NCBI RefSeq assembly: GCF_009914755.1
Contig: NC_060925.1
Length of the DNA stretch: 64,000 bases
Strand: one strand, 5' to 3'
Source of the DNA: the human T2T-CHM13v2.0 reference genome, Homo sapiens
The position numbers and the translations under genes were made by a program. Under the pieces are notes generated by a model, which was given only the letters and a program-made list of their open reading frames with translations, was not told where the DNA came from and searched no databases. Below, piece after piece: positions 1-13,214 of this stretch. Every line of letters starts with the position of its first letter. The first letter of the stretch is position 1.

Positions 1-1994
1 AGGTCTGCTCAGGGAAGGGTACTCTTTGTTTGACTGAATCACTTGAGACCATAGAGAAAAGGTGCCCTGGGAATAATCAGAACTGGCTGATCAGAGGAGG
101 AACAGAAATGTGGAGCTGTCCAAAAGAGAGAGGTGGAGAACTAGTTTGAAGTCAAAACCAAGCCAAAAGAACTGATGAGGTTAAGAAACCAGCAGGAAGG
201 TATACTTGAAGTGTAAGCAAGTGATGCTTAAGACTGAAGGTGTGGAATTGGGCTAAAGCTGCCCAAAACAACAGTGATATTTTCTTTGCTTCTCTTGGTG
301 AAAGAGCAGTGTCAAGACTTAAACATTGTATAAGAACCATTTTGCCATTTTAAACAAATCAACACTTGCAAACCATGTCCCTCCCTGCCCTATGATTGCC
401 CCGTGTAAGCTTTTGGTTACAAAAAGCCCTCAGAACAAAAAATGCAGGCCAGTTGTAAAGCCTTCATTCACGAAGGCCCAGCCTCAGGGCTAAATGGGAG
501 AGTTCTGCCAGCCATCAAACTTAACAGCCTTTAAACATGTGCAACATTTCTCTAAGCAAATTGGTTCCTTAATATGGTAAAATGTGCAGCACCCAAGGGG
601 AAATACTGGTGATCTCATTGCCCAAAACTGATGGAGTCACAGCACTGTATTCCTGAAAAGTACTCATATTTTCCACTTTGATAAAATCAGAAGCAAATAT
701 GAGAGTCAGTAGGTTTTGACATCCATTGTTCATTCTCACTTAACTTTTCTTCCTATATAGCAGAGCACAGTGGTTTAATTCATAGCTTATGGGATTTTTT
801 TAATATAAACCATTCAAATTTTTTCTATATTAATCAGTGGTTTCTAAAGATCCACAGGGATAAATAAACTCTGCAAGCTGGCAGAGGTTTCTTGTGGCAC
901 AACCACTGGTAGTTATAAACAGTAAACAAAACATAGTAACCATTTTAAGCACAAGAGATTGCTGTATCACACAGGGCATAAATCATTAGCTTAATAATTT
1001 CAGCAGCAGTGTCTCCAAAGCAAAATTAAGCCAACAGTTCCCCCTGTGGCAATAATGAAGTACTGTAATTGTAAAAGAAAAAAAACAAAACAAGAGAAGG
1101 CATGATTATACCTCAGCAATGATTGAAAATCCAAGTTCAATAAATAACTATAGGAATCTCATCTCTGCTGCTCTTTGGAGAGGTGGGAAAGGGCTTGCCT
1201 CCAACCCCCATGTCCATTCTTGTAGGCAATTTGACATGCACAAGCGCACTTTCCCTTAAGCCCCCACAATTCACATGTGCTGTAGGTAGGGCATGAAAGT
1301 GATGACTCATAACAACTGAGAAGATGACAAATTTCTCTCAGCTGTATAGGCGGACATTATTCAGAGAATTAAAGAGCCGAAAGAGTGCTAGGCCCAAGAC
1401 AGTCCAATGTTGAGCTGGGCCATAAAACCTGGATACATGTCTTCCTCATGAATTTGCCAAGTGTCAAAGTTCGTTTTTTAAAAACTGGCTAAAAATTTGG
1501 TGATTTGGGGTAAGTGCTATGGAACATTATCAGATAAAAGGAGTTCAGGGAGACCATCTTGATTCCTCTGCTGTGTCGAGTCAATACTATAGAATCTTCA
1601 TTTTTACTCTTTAGTCATCCATTTTATAAAATCAATATAGTCTTATTATTATCTCTCTTTTTAAAAAAAGCTTTGAGTGGACACAGTATCTCTTTGAATT
1701 TTCTCAATAATCCTATGTATTTAAAGTAGCATTTTACCTTTTAAAACATACCCTATTTTTGACTACCTATTATGAACACATCTATCTCCTCAGAATGTAT
1801 TTCATCTAAAAACTCTATGATTTAGTAAAGCAGAAGGTATATTATTTGCACAAAGCTAACTACCAGCTTGATTATCTTATTAGTGGATTGAGGAATGATT
1901 TGATTTGATAATACAGGGATACAGATTAAACTAGATTGTGTAGCGTCAGTGCCACTTTTACAGGATGGGCAGACCCCAGGCACCTAAGAAATAA

Positions 1995-2355
<361 letters not shown>

Positions 2356-2933
2356 AATTTCCCCATTTTCATTGTGCTTTGTTTTTAAGTATGACACTCA
2401 GGCAAAATCATCTTAAAGACTCCAATGTCTATGCTTATTAGGTTAAATTGTAGATATATATTTGGATATAAATACTCTCCTTTATTAATCTGAAATAAGA
2501 AAATTAGATGGGAAATGGCCTTCTCTGCACCTATAAGAAAAGACTTTTCTCCATGAACAAAATAAATTATTACATCTTTCAGCTCTCTGTAAAAAAAGAC
2601 ACATCTAGCATTATATATAATCACAATGCTATGCATCGTAAGTGTGGCATGGAAGTAATTTTGCAAACAAAGTCATGAATAGTGGATCTAATTTATGGTC
2701 AAAGAAAGGTTAAAGCTGCATCCTAAGTAAACATATAAGGGAAATGTGGTTTGTCTTTATTGCTGCTCTTTCCTCCCTTCTCCTTGCCATTTTCTTTCCT
2801 TAACTCCTTTTTGCTCCACCTTACCTGTCCAAAATGGTATTTATTAATGTCATCATTCACATTTAAATTTGGTGTCCTCCAAAGTTTCCTCATACTTGTG
2901 ATCAGGACAAAGCCAACGATAATAGGATATAAG

Positions 2934-3266
2934 CAGTCATGTGTTGTTTAATGATGGAGAAAATTCTGTGAAACGCATTGTTAGGCGATTTCGTCCTCCT
3001 GCAAACATCATAAAGTGTACTTACAGAAACCTAGATTGTATAGCCTGCAACATACTTAGGCTATATGGTATAGCCTATTGCTCTGAGTCTACAAACCTGT
3101 ATAGCATGTTATTACACTGAATACTTTAGGCAATTGTGACACGATGGTATTTGTGTATCTAAACATAGAAAGGGTACAGTAAAAATACAGTATTATGATC
3201 TTATGGGACCATTGTCTTATATGTGGTTAGTCAATGACTGAAATGTCCTTATTTGGTGCAGGACAG
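2934..3266 (+). mobile_element. Tigger3a (MER7A) non-autonomous TcMar-Tigger DNA transposon
   Basis: Begins CAGTCATG, internal GTTAGGCGATTTCGTC and AAACCTAGATTGTATAGCC, ends GCAGGACAG followed by TA. Confidence 0.85.
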
Positions 3267-3267
3267 T

Positions 3268-3330
3268 ATTTGGATGTTAGGCTTATCAGACATATGATTT
3301 GAAATATGTTCTGGCATTCTATGGGTGCAA
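3268..3330 (-). mobile_element. Short antisense L1M ORF2 fragment
   Basis: GGATGTTAGGCTTATCAGACATATGATTTGAAATAT resembles antisense L1 ORF2 C-terminal region. Confidence 0.55.
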
Positions 3331-3525
3331 CTAGTAAATTTTGACAAGGATTCAGCTTGGGAGATCCTTTTGACCTGTTAGAGTACAGCATTGGCAATCT
3401 ATCTTGACTAATTGACTTTAGGTAGATTCATTCTTAGCCTATTCTTCCACTTGGTGCCAATTATATCTTGTATATATTTGTACCTCTGGGTACCTGGAGT
3501 GGGGATTTTTATAATCACGATTTTT

Positions 3526-3614
3526 AAAAATATATATGATATATATATACACACATATAAAATATACATGTATACATATAGCTTATATATACTTTATATG
3601 TATAGTATATATAT
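3526..3614. repeat. (TA)n/(CA)-rich simple repeat
   Basis: Degenerate alternating TA/CA/TG tract. Confidence 0.75.
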
Positions 3615-4191
3615 AAAGAAATCTTACAATGCATTAATAAAAAGACAAATAGCCAATTCAAAAATGGACAAGGAATTTGAATAGACATTTTTACAAAGAT
3701 ATACAAATAGCCAACATGTACATGAAAATATGTTCCACATCATTAGTCATTAAGCAAATTAAAAACCACAATCAGATGCCATTTCACACCCACTAGGAAG
3801 GCCATAATCAAGGGACAAACAATACCAAGGGTTGAGGAGGATGTGGAGAAATTTCAACTTCAATACATTGCAACCAGGATTGTAAATGTTGCACCTGCTT
3901 TTGGAAAAGTTTGGCAAATCTTCAAAAAGTTAAACACAGAGTTACCATATGACCCAACAGTTCCATTCCTAGCAATATACCTAAGATAATTGAAAACATA
4001 TATACAACAAAAACTTGTACATGGATTTTCATTCCAGCATTCTTCATAATAACCAAAAAGTAGAAACAAACTTCCATCAACTGCTGAATGGATAAATAAA
4101 ATATGATACATCCATATAATGGAATAAAATTCATAAAAAGAAATTTAGCACTAATACATGCTGTAATATGAATGGACTTTGAAAACATTAT
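3605..4191 (+). mobile_element. Old L1MB 3' portion, part 1 (interrupted by THE1)
   Basis: ORF2 C-terminal/3'UTR motifs AAAATGGACAAGGAATTTGAATAGACATTT and GAGTTACCATATGACCCAACAGTTCC; continues after 6477. Confidence 0.8.
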
Positions 4192-6477
4192 TAATATGGT
4201 TTGGCTGTGTCCCCACCCAAATCTCATCCTGAATTCCCACATGTTGTGGGAGGAACCCTTTGGGAGATAACTGAATCATGGGAGCAGGTCTTCCCATGCT
4301 GTTCTCATGATAGCAGATAAATCTCACAAGATCTGACGGTATTATAAGGTGGAGTTTCCCTGAACAAGCTCTCTCTTTTGCCTATTGCCATCCATGTAAG
4401 ACGTGACTGCTCCTCCTTGCCTTCTGCCATGATTGTGAGGCCTCCCCAGCCACTTGGAACTGTAACTCCATAAAACCTCTTCTTTTTTAAATTGTCCAGT
4501 CTCAGGTATGTCTTTATCAGCAGCATGAAAACTGACTAATGCTGTAAATTGGTACCAGTAGAGTGGGGCACTGCTGAAAAGATACCCCAAAATGTGGAAG
4601 CGACTTTGGAACTGGGTAACAGGCAGAGGTTGGAACAGTTTGGAGGGCTCAGAAGAAGATAGAAAAATGTGGGAAAGTTTGGAACACCCTGGAGACTTGT
4701 TGAATGGCTTTGCCCAAAATGTTGCTAATGATATGGACAATGAAATCCAAGCTGAGATGGTCTCAGATGGAGATGAGGAACTTGTTGGGAACTGGAGCAA
4801 AGGTGACTCTTCTTATGTTTTAGCAAAGAGAGTGGTGGCATTTTGCCCTTGACCTAGAGATCTGTGGAACTTTGAACTTGAGAGAGATGATTTAGAGTAT
4901 CTGTCGGAAAAAATTTCTAAGCAGTAAAACATTCAAGAGGCAACTGGGGTGCTGTCAAAGTCATTCAGTTTTATAAGGGAAGGAGAGCATAAAAGTTTGG
5001 AAAATTTGTATCCTGACAATGCGATAGAAAAGAAAATCCCATTTTCTGAGAAGAAATTCAAGTTGGCTACAGAAATTTACATAAGTAATAAGGAGGCAAA
5101 TATTAATCCCCAAGACAATGGGGAAAATGTCTCCAGGCACGACAGAGGTCTTCGTGGCAGCCTCTCCCACACAGGCCCAGTGGCCTAGGTGGAAAGAATG
5201 GTTTCCTGGGCTGGGCCCGGGGTCCCCATGCTGTGTGCACCCTAGGGACTTGGTGCTCTGTGTCTCTGCTGCTCCAGCCATTGCTAAAAAGGGCCAACAT
5301 AGAGCTTGGGCTATGGCTTCAGAGGGTGAAAGCCTTAAGCCTTGGCAGCTTCCATGTGGTGTTGAGCTTTCCAGTGCACAGAAGTCAAGAATTGGGGTTT
5401 GGGAACCTCAGCCTAGATTTCAGAGGACGTATGGAAATGCCTGGATGCTCAGGCAGAAGTTTGCTGCAGGGGCAGGGCCCTCATGGAGAACCTCTGCTAG
5501 GGCAGTGCAGAAGGGAAATGTGGGGTTGCAGCCCCCACACACAGTCCAGACTAGGGTACCACCTAGTGAAGCTATGAGAAGAGGGCCAACGTCCTCCAGA
5601 CCCCTGAATGGTAGATTCACTGACAGCTTCCACCGTGCACCTGGAAAAGCCACAGACACTCAATGCCAGCCTGTGAAAGTAGCCAGGAAGCAGGCTGTAT
5701 CCTGCAAAGCCACAAAGGTGGAGCTGCCCAAGACCATGGGAACCCACCTTTTGCATCAGCATGACCTGGATGTGAGACATGGAGTCAAAGGAGATCATTT
5801 TGGAGCTTTAAGATTTGACTGCCCTGTTGGATTTCGGACTTGCATGGGGCCTGTAGCCCCTTAGTTTTGGCCAATTTCTCCCATTTGGAATGGCTGTATT
5901 TACCGAATGCCTGTACCCCCATTGTATATAGGAAGTAATTATCTTGCTTTTGATTTTACAGACTCATAGCCAGAAGGGACTTGCCTTGTCTCAGATGAGA
6001 CTTTGGACTGTGGACTTTTAAGTTAATGCTAAAATTAGTTAAGACTTTGGGGGACTGTTGGAAAGGCATGTTTGATTTTGAAACGTGAGGACATGAGATT
6101 TGGGAGGGGCCAAGGGTGGAAAGAAATGGCTTGGCCGTGTCCCCACCGAAATCTCATCTTGAATTCCCAAATGTTGTGGGAGGGATCCAGTGGGAGGTAA
6201 TTGAATTATGGAGGCAGATCTTTCCTGTGCTGTTCTCGTAATAGCAACTAAGTCTCACGAGATCTGATGGTATTATAAGGGGGAGTTTCCCTGAACAAGC
6301 TCTCTCTTTTTGCCTGCTGCCATCCATGTAAGGCATGACTTGCTATTCCTTGCTTTCCACCATGATGGTGAGGCCTCCCCAGCCACTTGGAACTGCAAGT
6401 TCATTAAACCTCTTTCTTCTTTAAATTGCCCAGTCTCGGGTATGTCTTTATCAGCAACGTGAAAACTCACTAACACA
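4192..6477 (+). mobile_element. Full-length THE1 (THE1B-like) MaLR provirus: LTR 4192-4543, internal 4544-6121, LTR 6122-6477
   Basis: LTRs start T(G/A)ATATGGTTTGGCTGTGTCCCCACC-like and end CTAA(T/C)ACA-like; TGGTACCA after 5' LTR; purine tract before 3' LTR; 5-bp TSD ATTAT at 4187-4191 and 6478-6482. Confidence 0.95.
5118..5864 (+). pseudogene. Open stretch (248 aa) of decayed THE1 internal ORF
   Basis: Lies inside THE1-int; homologous peptides (DLDVRHGVKGDHFGALRF) recur in the second THE1 at 31299-31637. Confidence 0.7.
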
Positions 6478-6738
6478 ATTATACTAAATGAAAAAAGCCA
6501 TACATAGAAGGCCAAATAATGTATAATTCCTTTGATATGAGAAAAATCCATAGAGAAAGAAAGTAGATTAGTAGTTGCTAGGAGATGAGGGGAGTGGACG
6601 TTGGAGTGTGACTGCTAATGAGTATAGAATTTTTGCAGGGGTAACGAAAAGGTACTGGAATTAGTAATGATGGTTGCACAACTTTGTAAATATGCTTAAA
6701 ATCAAGCAATGTACACATTTTACGGTATGTGAATTAAG
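6478..6738 (+). mobile_element. L1MB 3'UTR, part 2
   Basis: AGTAGATTAGTAGTTGCTAGG, GACTGCTAATGAGTATAG, GATGGTTGCACAACTTTGT, GGTATGTGAATT. Confidence 0.8.
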
Positions 6739-6740
6739 AA

Positions 6741-7361
6741 TTTTATTTTATTTCAGTAGCTTTTAATGTGTAAGTGGCTTTCGGTTACAGGGATGAATTA
6801 TGTAGTGGTGAATTCTGAGATTTTAGTGCATCTGTCACTGAGTAGTGTACATTGTACCCAATATGTAGTTTTTTACCCCTTGCCCACATCCCACCTTCCA
6901 CCTTCCAAGTCTCCAAAGTCCATTATATCACTCTGTATGCCTTTGCATACACATACTTTAGCTCCCATTTATAAGTAAGAGTATACAATAATTGGTTTTC
7001 CATTCCTGAGTTACTTGAGTTACTTCACTTTGAATAGTGGCCTCCAGCTCCATCCAAGTTGTTGCAAAAGACATATTCATTTCTTTTTATGGCTGAGTAG
7101 TATTCCTTGACATTTTCATTATCCACTCATTGGTCAATGGCATTTAGGTTGGTTCCATATCTATGCAATTGCAAATTGGGCTGCAATAAACATGTGTGTG
7201 CATGTGTTTTTTTCATATAGTGGCTTCTTATCCTTTGGGTAGATACCCAGTAGTGGGATTGCTGGATTGAATGGTAGATCTATTTTTAGTTCTTTTAGGA
7301 ATCTCCTTGCTGCTTTCCATAAAAGTTGTAGTAATTTACATTCTCACTAGAAGTGTATAAG
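6741..7361 (-). mobile_element. L1PB1-like 3' end, 5'-truncated, nested in the L1MB tail
   Basis: T-rich tail, then GTAGTGGTGAATTCTGAGATTTTAGTGCA and GTAGATACCCAGTAGTGGGATTGCTGGATTGAATGG. Confidence 0.85.
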
Positions 7362-7639
7362 ATCACAATTTTTAAAGCATTTTTAAAAATACTAGTTGCC
7401 ATTTCCATGTCTCAACCCATCTAGACCAAAACTAGCAATTCCCTCTTCAACCAGGTCTGATTCAATGCAAAATAAGGATTCAATTGAGTGATATCTTTAT
7501 CTGTTATTGTATCTAGAAATGCCTCGTGTACCTAGTAGGTCAAAATGGTTCCTAGAAAAAGTTTCTGGATACAATCTGAGTAGTACATACCAGTGTACAC
7601 AATCACCATTTTCCAATTTAACAGTCACCTTTCCAGGTA

Positions 7640-7872
7640 CACAATCCTTTACTCTTCCTTGGCTTACTCCTCTTGATTTTTCTTCTATAAAAATGAGACA
7701 TATCATGTGTCTTTTCATTTTTATTTGATTATCTATTGCCTATCTCCCTGTTTAGAATTTAAGTCCCACAGGACAGGAAAGCTGGTTTTGTTCCTTGCTG
7801 TTTTCCTATCACCTGGAACAATACTTGGTGCAGGGCAAGGGAGGCACTGAAGAAAAACTTGTTAAGTAAGAA
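7640..7872 (+). mobile_element. L2 3' end fragment
   Basis: TTAGAATTTAAGTCCCACAGGACAGG ... ACCTGGAACAATACTTGG ... GGCACTGAAGAAAAACTTGTTAAGT, resembling the L2 3' terminus. Confidence 0.55.
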
Positions 7873-8041
7873 AAATTTGAGCATGTGCTTTTCCTCAGTG
7901 GGAGATGGGAAGGAATAAAAATAATAGAGTTATCCTCTCTCTCTCTAACTCTATTATTTTTATTCCTTCCCATCTCCCACTGAGGAAAAGCACATGCTCA
8001 AATTTTTCTTACTTAACAAGTTTTTCTTCAGTGCCTCCCTT
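7837..8041. repeat. Perfect inverted repeat: 96-bp arms (7837-7932 and 7946-8041), 13-bp spacer TCCTCTCTCTCTC
   Basis: Base-by-base reverse-complement match of both arms, no mismatch seen. Confidence 0.97.
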
Positions 8042-8160
8042 ATGCTAAATGACGAGTTAATGGGTGCAGCACACCAGCATGGCACATGTATACATACGTA
8101 ACTAACCTGCACATTGTACACATGTACCCTAAAACTTAAAGTATAATAATAATAATAAAA
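8042..8160 (+). mobile_element. Extremely 5'-truncated young L1 (L1PA3-type) 3' end with (TAA)n/A tail
   Basis: ATGCTAAATGACGAGTTAATGGGTGCAGCACACC...CCCTAAAACTTAAAGTATAA; TSD AATAGAGTTATCC at 7923-7935 and 8161-8173. Confidence 0.92.
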
Positions 8161-11100
8161 AATAGAGTTATCCAATAATTAAAGCCAAGAGTTTCAAGTT
8201 CTCCCCTGAGCCCTCTCACTTCTGATAGGGACTTGCACATATTCCTGTGGCCTCTGAAACTGAGCTCTTATACATGCCTGGCCCTCTGCGCTCTAAATGT
8301 CAGTGTTCCCACCTTCATCTTCTGCTTTCTGTATCCGCTTCACTCAAAGATCTCGTCAAGTGTTTCCGAAAGCCTAGAAATGTAACCCTTATTCCCAACT
8401 GAAATGTATGCTGGATAGTTTGGCTTGGGAATCTAGGCTCTAACCTGGAAATAAATTCTGATTATGAGTGCTGTAGTGGCCAAATCAAAGGCTAAAGGTC
8501 TTTCTCTTATCTACTACTGTTCATTCCAAATGCATATTTTGGCCAAACCAAATATTCTAGGGATATGCAAGTCACAGCCTGTGGCCTCAGGAAAACTAGT
8601 CATAGAGATCTCTGAAAAAAAGAAATCTGTCACCTCATTTCTGAGGGTGTACTTATTTTCCCTGTGTTTGACCTTAAGATTTACTTTTAATTATCACATT
8701 GTACAGGCCTATGTTGAACTATGCCAAATAATTCCATTCATTTATAGCTGCTTTCCTATATTTCTGCTGACATTATGTACTGGATAAACCCACTTAATTG
8801 ACTTTCAGACAATAGGCTTAAAGTACTAGATAACATTCATATTTAAAAATGAATTATTCAACCATTTATAATGTATCATATCTGATTCTATCACTAGAAT
8901 CTAACAATTTGAAACCCTGATATGGTTCTTAGGGCCCCTAAGGCACTAAGACGAATTACTACTCCCCACCTTTACATAAGCTCTTTGTAGATTGAATATG
9001 CAGAGCTCTTTGAAGGCTTAGTTTTATTTAAGCCTCCATTTCCAGGATGATTTCAACTGAATAAAAATATCTGGGCTGGGGGAGTGTGGGAAGACTATTT
9101 GCCTTATCCCCACATACCCCTAGTGATGGCCCTGATGACAACACACATCGGGATGTTTTGAACCATCCTGATGATTGATTTGATTTTTCCACTCCTCACC
9201 TAGACTTTTGGCATTGCCTAGACAGAGCTATAGCACTTTGGGCTGTAGTCAGCCACTTGCTTCCAGCTGCATGTTTTGCTCCACACTCTGCTTCACCTTT
9301 CTTCTTGGCTACAGTCACCCTTGACTCCATATGTTTTTCTCCATGTGTCATCCCAGCCTAACTGAGCACAAAGTCTCTAGCTGTTCCCTGTCCAAGACAC
9401 ACATCTTCCTTGAATCTTGCTCAGTAACAAGTCAGTGTGTTTAATCAATCCTTTATAGCTTTACAAGATATAGCAATGGCTAAAATTGGTGTGGTTAGAA
9501 AAGCCCACCCTCCTAGTTCAGAAATCAATAAGCATTTACTCTGTGTTTCCTTTATGTTTAGCGTGCAACCAGATCTGGAGAACCTAAGTTATGAATTTCC
9601 ACTCCCTAATCTTACCTCTGACCAGGGCAAACTATCTGTGGAACAAATCAATTCCATTTAGCAGATGCTGTATTTCTTGAGAGGCAGAGTGCTAAGATAC
9701 CTCAGGGATTACAAAGATAAATAGCATACATTCCCTATGCTCAGACCATTTTCACAATACACAGAAGTAAGATTGTAAATTATGAAACTGTGGGATTAAA
9801 GAAATGTTCATGCCAAATTTGAACTGATGAGAAATACAATTTATATAATTCTTGCAAAATAGCATAATTTGAAAACATAGTTAATTGCAAACTGTGTTTA
9901 TGTTATTGTCATCACCCACGCCACTAGGAAAATGAAACACAAACTCTCCTTTGTCAGTATTAGGAGAACCATTATCGATTACTTTTTGTATCAGAATTTC
10001 TGAAAGTGAGTCTTGGTTTTAGAATCTAAGCAAGCACTCTTATTATCATTTCTAATCTTGTTTTTCACATCCTTGCACAGTGTTACTCAAGTTCATTAAA
10101 TGGTGCTGCTAAAGTTAGTGCTGAGAAAAAAAGAATAAAGTTAATAACTGGAATAGACATATGATGTGATAAAGCACTATGAAGAAAAGCAAACAACCAC
10201 CAATATTAATGTAGGAAAGAGTCCTCAGCAAAATAATAAAGAAAATGTAAAAAGCAATTTCAAAGCAAATATATACTAAATATATACTAAAGAATTAGAA
10301 ATTCTTAAGTTCCAAAAATGCATTCCCCCTTTGGGAAAATTTGTTTTGAATTATTTGAGTTTTAAGTTATGCAGAGTATCCAGGAATAACACTTCTCTCA
10401 TATGAAAAGCAAGTGCCCTGCACTTAAATTTTATTTCCCACAGCTCTACCTTACAATCCCTGCAGTTTAGTTAGAAAAGTCTCTTTATTATTCCACACAT
10501 CCTCTGCCAAGGAAACCAGTATTATTCCTTTCACTATTTCTTTTATTATGCTCTTCTTCCTGTTTTAAATATCTTCACTCTTCCTACCCACTAATCCAAA
10601 TATATGGCCTAGTTTCAAAGGCCCACTCAAGCGCCACTTCATCTGCAAAGCTGTACCTGACTTAGTAGAGTCACAGGATTTTATACTTGGAATAACTCTT
10701 AGAGATTATCTAGTTCAAATATTTTCCAACTGTGCAACATAGAGACACTTAGAAGGCTTTTGAAAGAGAGTTAGAAATGGGAAGGGAAGTAAAGTGAGCA
10801 ACAGAGTTCTGGAGCTCTCACCTACTTTAATCCAGCACTGCTTTCATCATTTTAATTATTTACCTTTCCCAGAAAGACATTGTTTGAACAAAAGTTTCCA
10901 GAGCTTTAGATCATAAAAATCCACAGTTCAACATGATGAATGAAGAAACTAAGGCTGAGTTGAATATTTTATCCTGATTCACAAACAATCTAGCAAACTA
11001 AGCTAAAACCCTAGGATCTCTGGACTGCCAGCCCAGCTACATTGATATCCCTATTTTGTTTATCACCAAAATAATTACAATTTCCTATTGATGATTCTAT

Positions 11101-11740
11101 AGTGTCTTTTGTTATTTACACATATGTGTCTTGTCTAATACACTGAGTGTGGCTGTTCCATGGCTGGGTGTAATTTATGCTCTTCCACTCTTCTCTGAGC
11201 AGAGAACTGGGTTCACAGTATGATTGCTGACTTTTCTTCCCAGGATAGACATTCTTGATTCATATATAAAATTAGACACGCCAGTACTTAGACAATCAAC
11301 TCCATGTATTGACTGAAATAACATAAACTGCATCCTTCACAGAAACTATTTATTAATGTTGACATTAATGGTAGTCAGTACAGCTACATTTTTCATAAAA
11401 ATTAATATTTCTGCCTCATTTGTATTTTTTCCCTCATGTATACAAACCTAGGCTTCATCATTTAAACTCCTTGTTCTAAATGACATCTGGTTTTTAACCC
11501 TTTAATCTGCTTTTTGGGTAGCTTTCACTATTGCAACGAGACATTTTAACAAGAAAAACTAACCCTTTATTATTTTTTTAAAAAAATCCCTAATTCTTGA
11601 TCTTTGTAAGTTCTTCCTGTAGCTGCTTCTTTCTTCTGATACATTTCTTGTAGGGGTACACTGCACTTGCTACCTTTGTTTCCTCCCCTCCCAGCTCCAT
11701 ATTTGGGTACTATATGATCTACTTCTTAAAAGTGGTAATG

Positions 11741-12348
11741 TCGACCATTGTGGAAGACAGTATGGCAATTCCTCAAAGGTCTAGAACCAAAAATACCATT
11801 TGACCCAGCAATCCCATTACTGAGTATATACCCAGAGGAATATAAATCATTCTATTACAAAGATACATGCGCATGTGTGTTCGTTGCAGCACTGTTCACA
11901 ATAGCAAACACATGAAATCAACCCAAATGCCCATCAATGATACACTAGATAAAGAAAATGTGGTACAGCTACATCTTGGAATACTATGCAGTCATAAAAA
12001 GGAATGAGATCATTTCCTTTGCAGGGACATGGATGGAGCTGGAAGCCATTATCCTCAGCAAACAAATACAGGAACAGAAAAACCAAACACCGCATGTTCC
12101 CACTTATAAGTGGGAGCTGAACAATGAGATCACATGGACACAGGGAGGGGAACAACACACACTGGGGCCTGTTGGGGGAAAGCAGGAGGAAGAACATTAG
12201 GAAAAATAGCTAATGCATGCTGGGCTTAATACCTAGGTGATAGGTTAATAGGTGCAACAAACCACCATGGCACACGTATACCTATGTAACAAACCTGCAC
12301 ATCCTACACCTGCACATGTACTTCAGAACTTAAAATTGAAATTAAAAC
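11741..12348 (+). mobile_element. 5'-truncated L1PA (PA8A-PA11 class) 3' end
   Basis: ORF2 C-terminal remnant (EYYAVIKRNEIISFAGTWMELE) plus 3'UTR; TSD AAGTGGTAATG at 11730-11740 and 12349-12359. Confidence 0.9.
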
Positions 12349-12484
12349 AAGTGGTAATGACCTTTTATTTGTAATTTAAATTACCTTTTAATACTTTATC
12401 TTTCCTATTCCTCTATGCTTTCTTTATTTCATTCACTCCCATAAATATTTGACTGTCAAATCTACTTTTCTAGGAGTCTCTTCT

Positions 12485-13209
12485 CATCAACCCTTTTAGA
12501 CCAGGGCAAGAGAAGTCCCCTTCTAGACTCCAAGCTTTAGACATTTGCTCTATCTCCCATCCTCCCCCTCCAGGGCCAGTTGTCTCCCAGCTCACACTAT
12601 CCCTTCTGATTCAGATGCTGGGTACCTGGGACCATCATAATTCCTATTCACATTCTCTATCTCGTTGAATCTACTTCCAGGGCCTAGTGGCTTCTTGACT
12701 TCAGGACTATACTTCCAAACATCCAGTGTATCCCAAGATCCAAGTGGTGACAAAGGAGTGGTTGTTTGTGAGAAGCAGGGATGAAGTGGAGATATCATCA
12801 TGTTCACATTCCTTCCCTGCCCCTATCCCTGCCCCATTTTCTATAGAATAGAAAACAAATTTCTTCTCATAGTTTCAAGATCTTCATAATGGCTTCACAT
12901 AGCTCCTAAGCCTGGGATTTCCATGTGTGACCCTGAGGCCTGTGCATGGATAGGGCTAGCAGGAAGGAGGGTAAAGTGGGAGGAGAAGAGGTCCTTTCTG
13001 AGTTACTGCCACTATATTTTATCATGGAACTGTAATTCGAACTTGGCCTTTGAGGTTGATATGAAAGCATGTTTGTCATGGTAGGAGGTTAGATATTTTA
13101 TTTAACAGTTTGTGGCTTGATTTATAACTTTTAAATATTTAACATATGGTACACAGTCCTCCATTTGCAGTCTTGTCTTAGGACCTACAAATCTTAGAGA
13201 AAGAGCTGG
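12485..13209 (+). mobile_element. MER115-like (hAT-Tip100) DNA transposon fossil
   Basis: CCAGGGCAAGAG near start; end ATTTATAACTTTTAAATATTTAACATATGGTA...CCTCCATTTGCAGTCTTGTC...CAAATCTTAG as recalled for MER115/Zaphod. Confidence 0.55.
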
Positions 13210-13214
13210 GTCTT

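Noticed and set aside
4342-5864. Cluster of overlapping ORFs as a gene locus
   Set aside because: All lie within the THE1 provirus; similar peptides recur at 30417-31637
7837-8041. Palindrome as a MITE or pre-miRNA gene
   Set aside because: No TSD around the arms themselves; the left arm is pre-existing flank (partly L2) and the right arm lies within the L1 TSDs; no expression evidence
9145-9172. Short hairpin CATCGGGATG...CATCCTGATG
   Set aside because: A 10-bp imperfect stem is expected by chance in 64 kb
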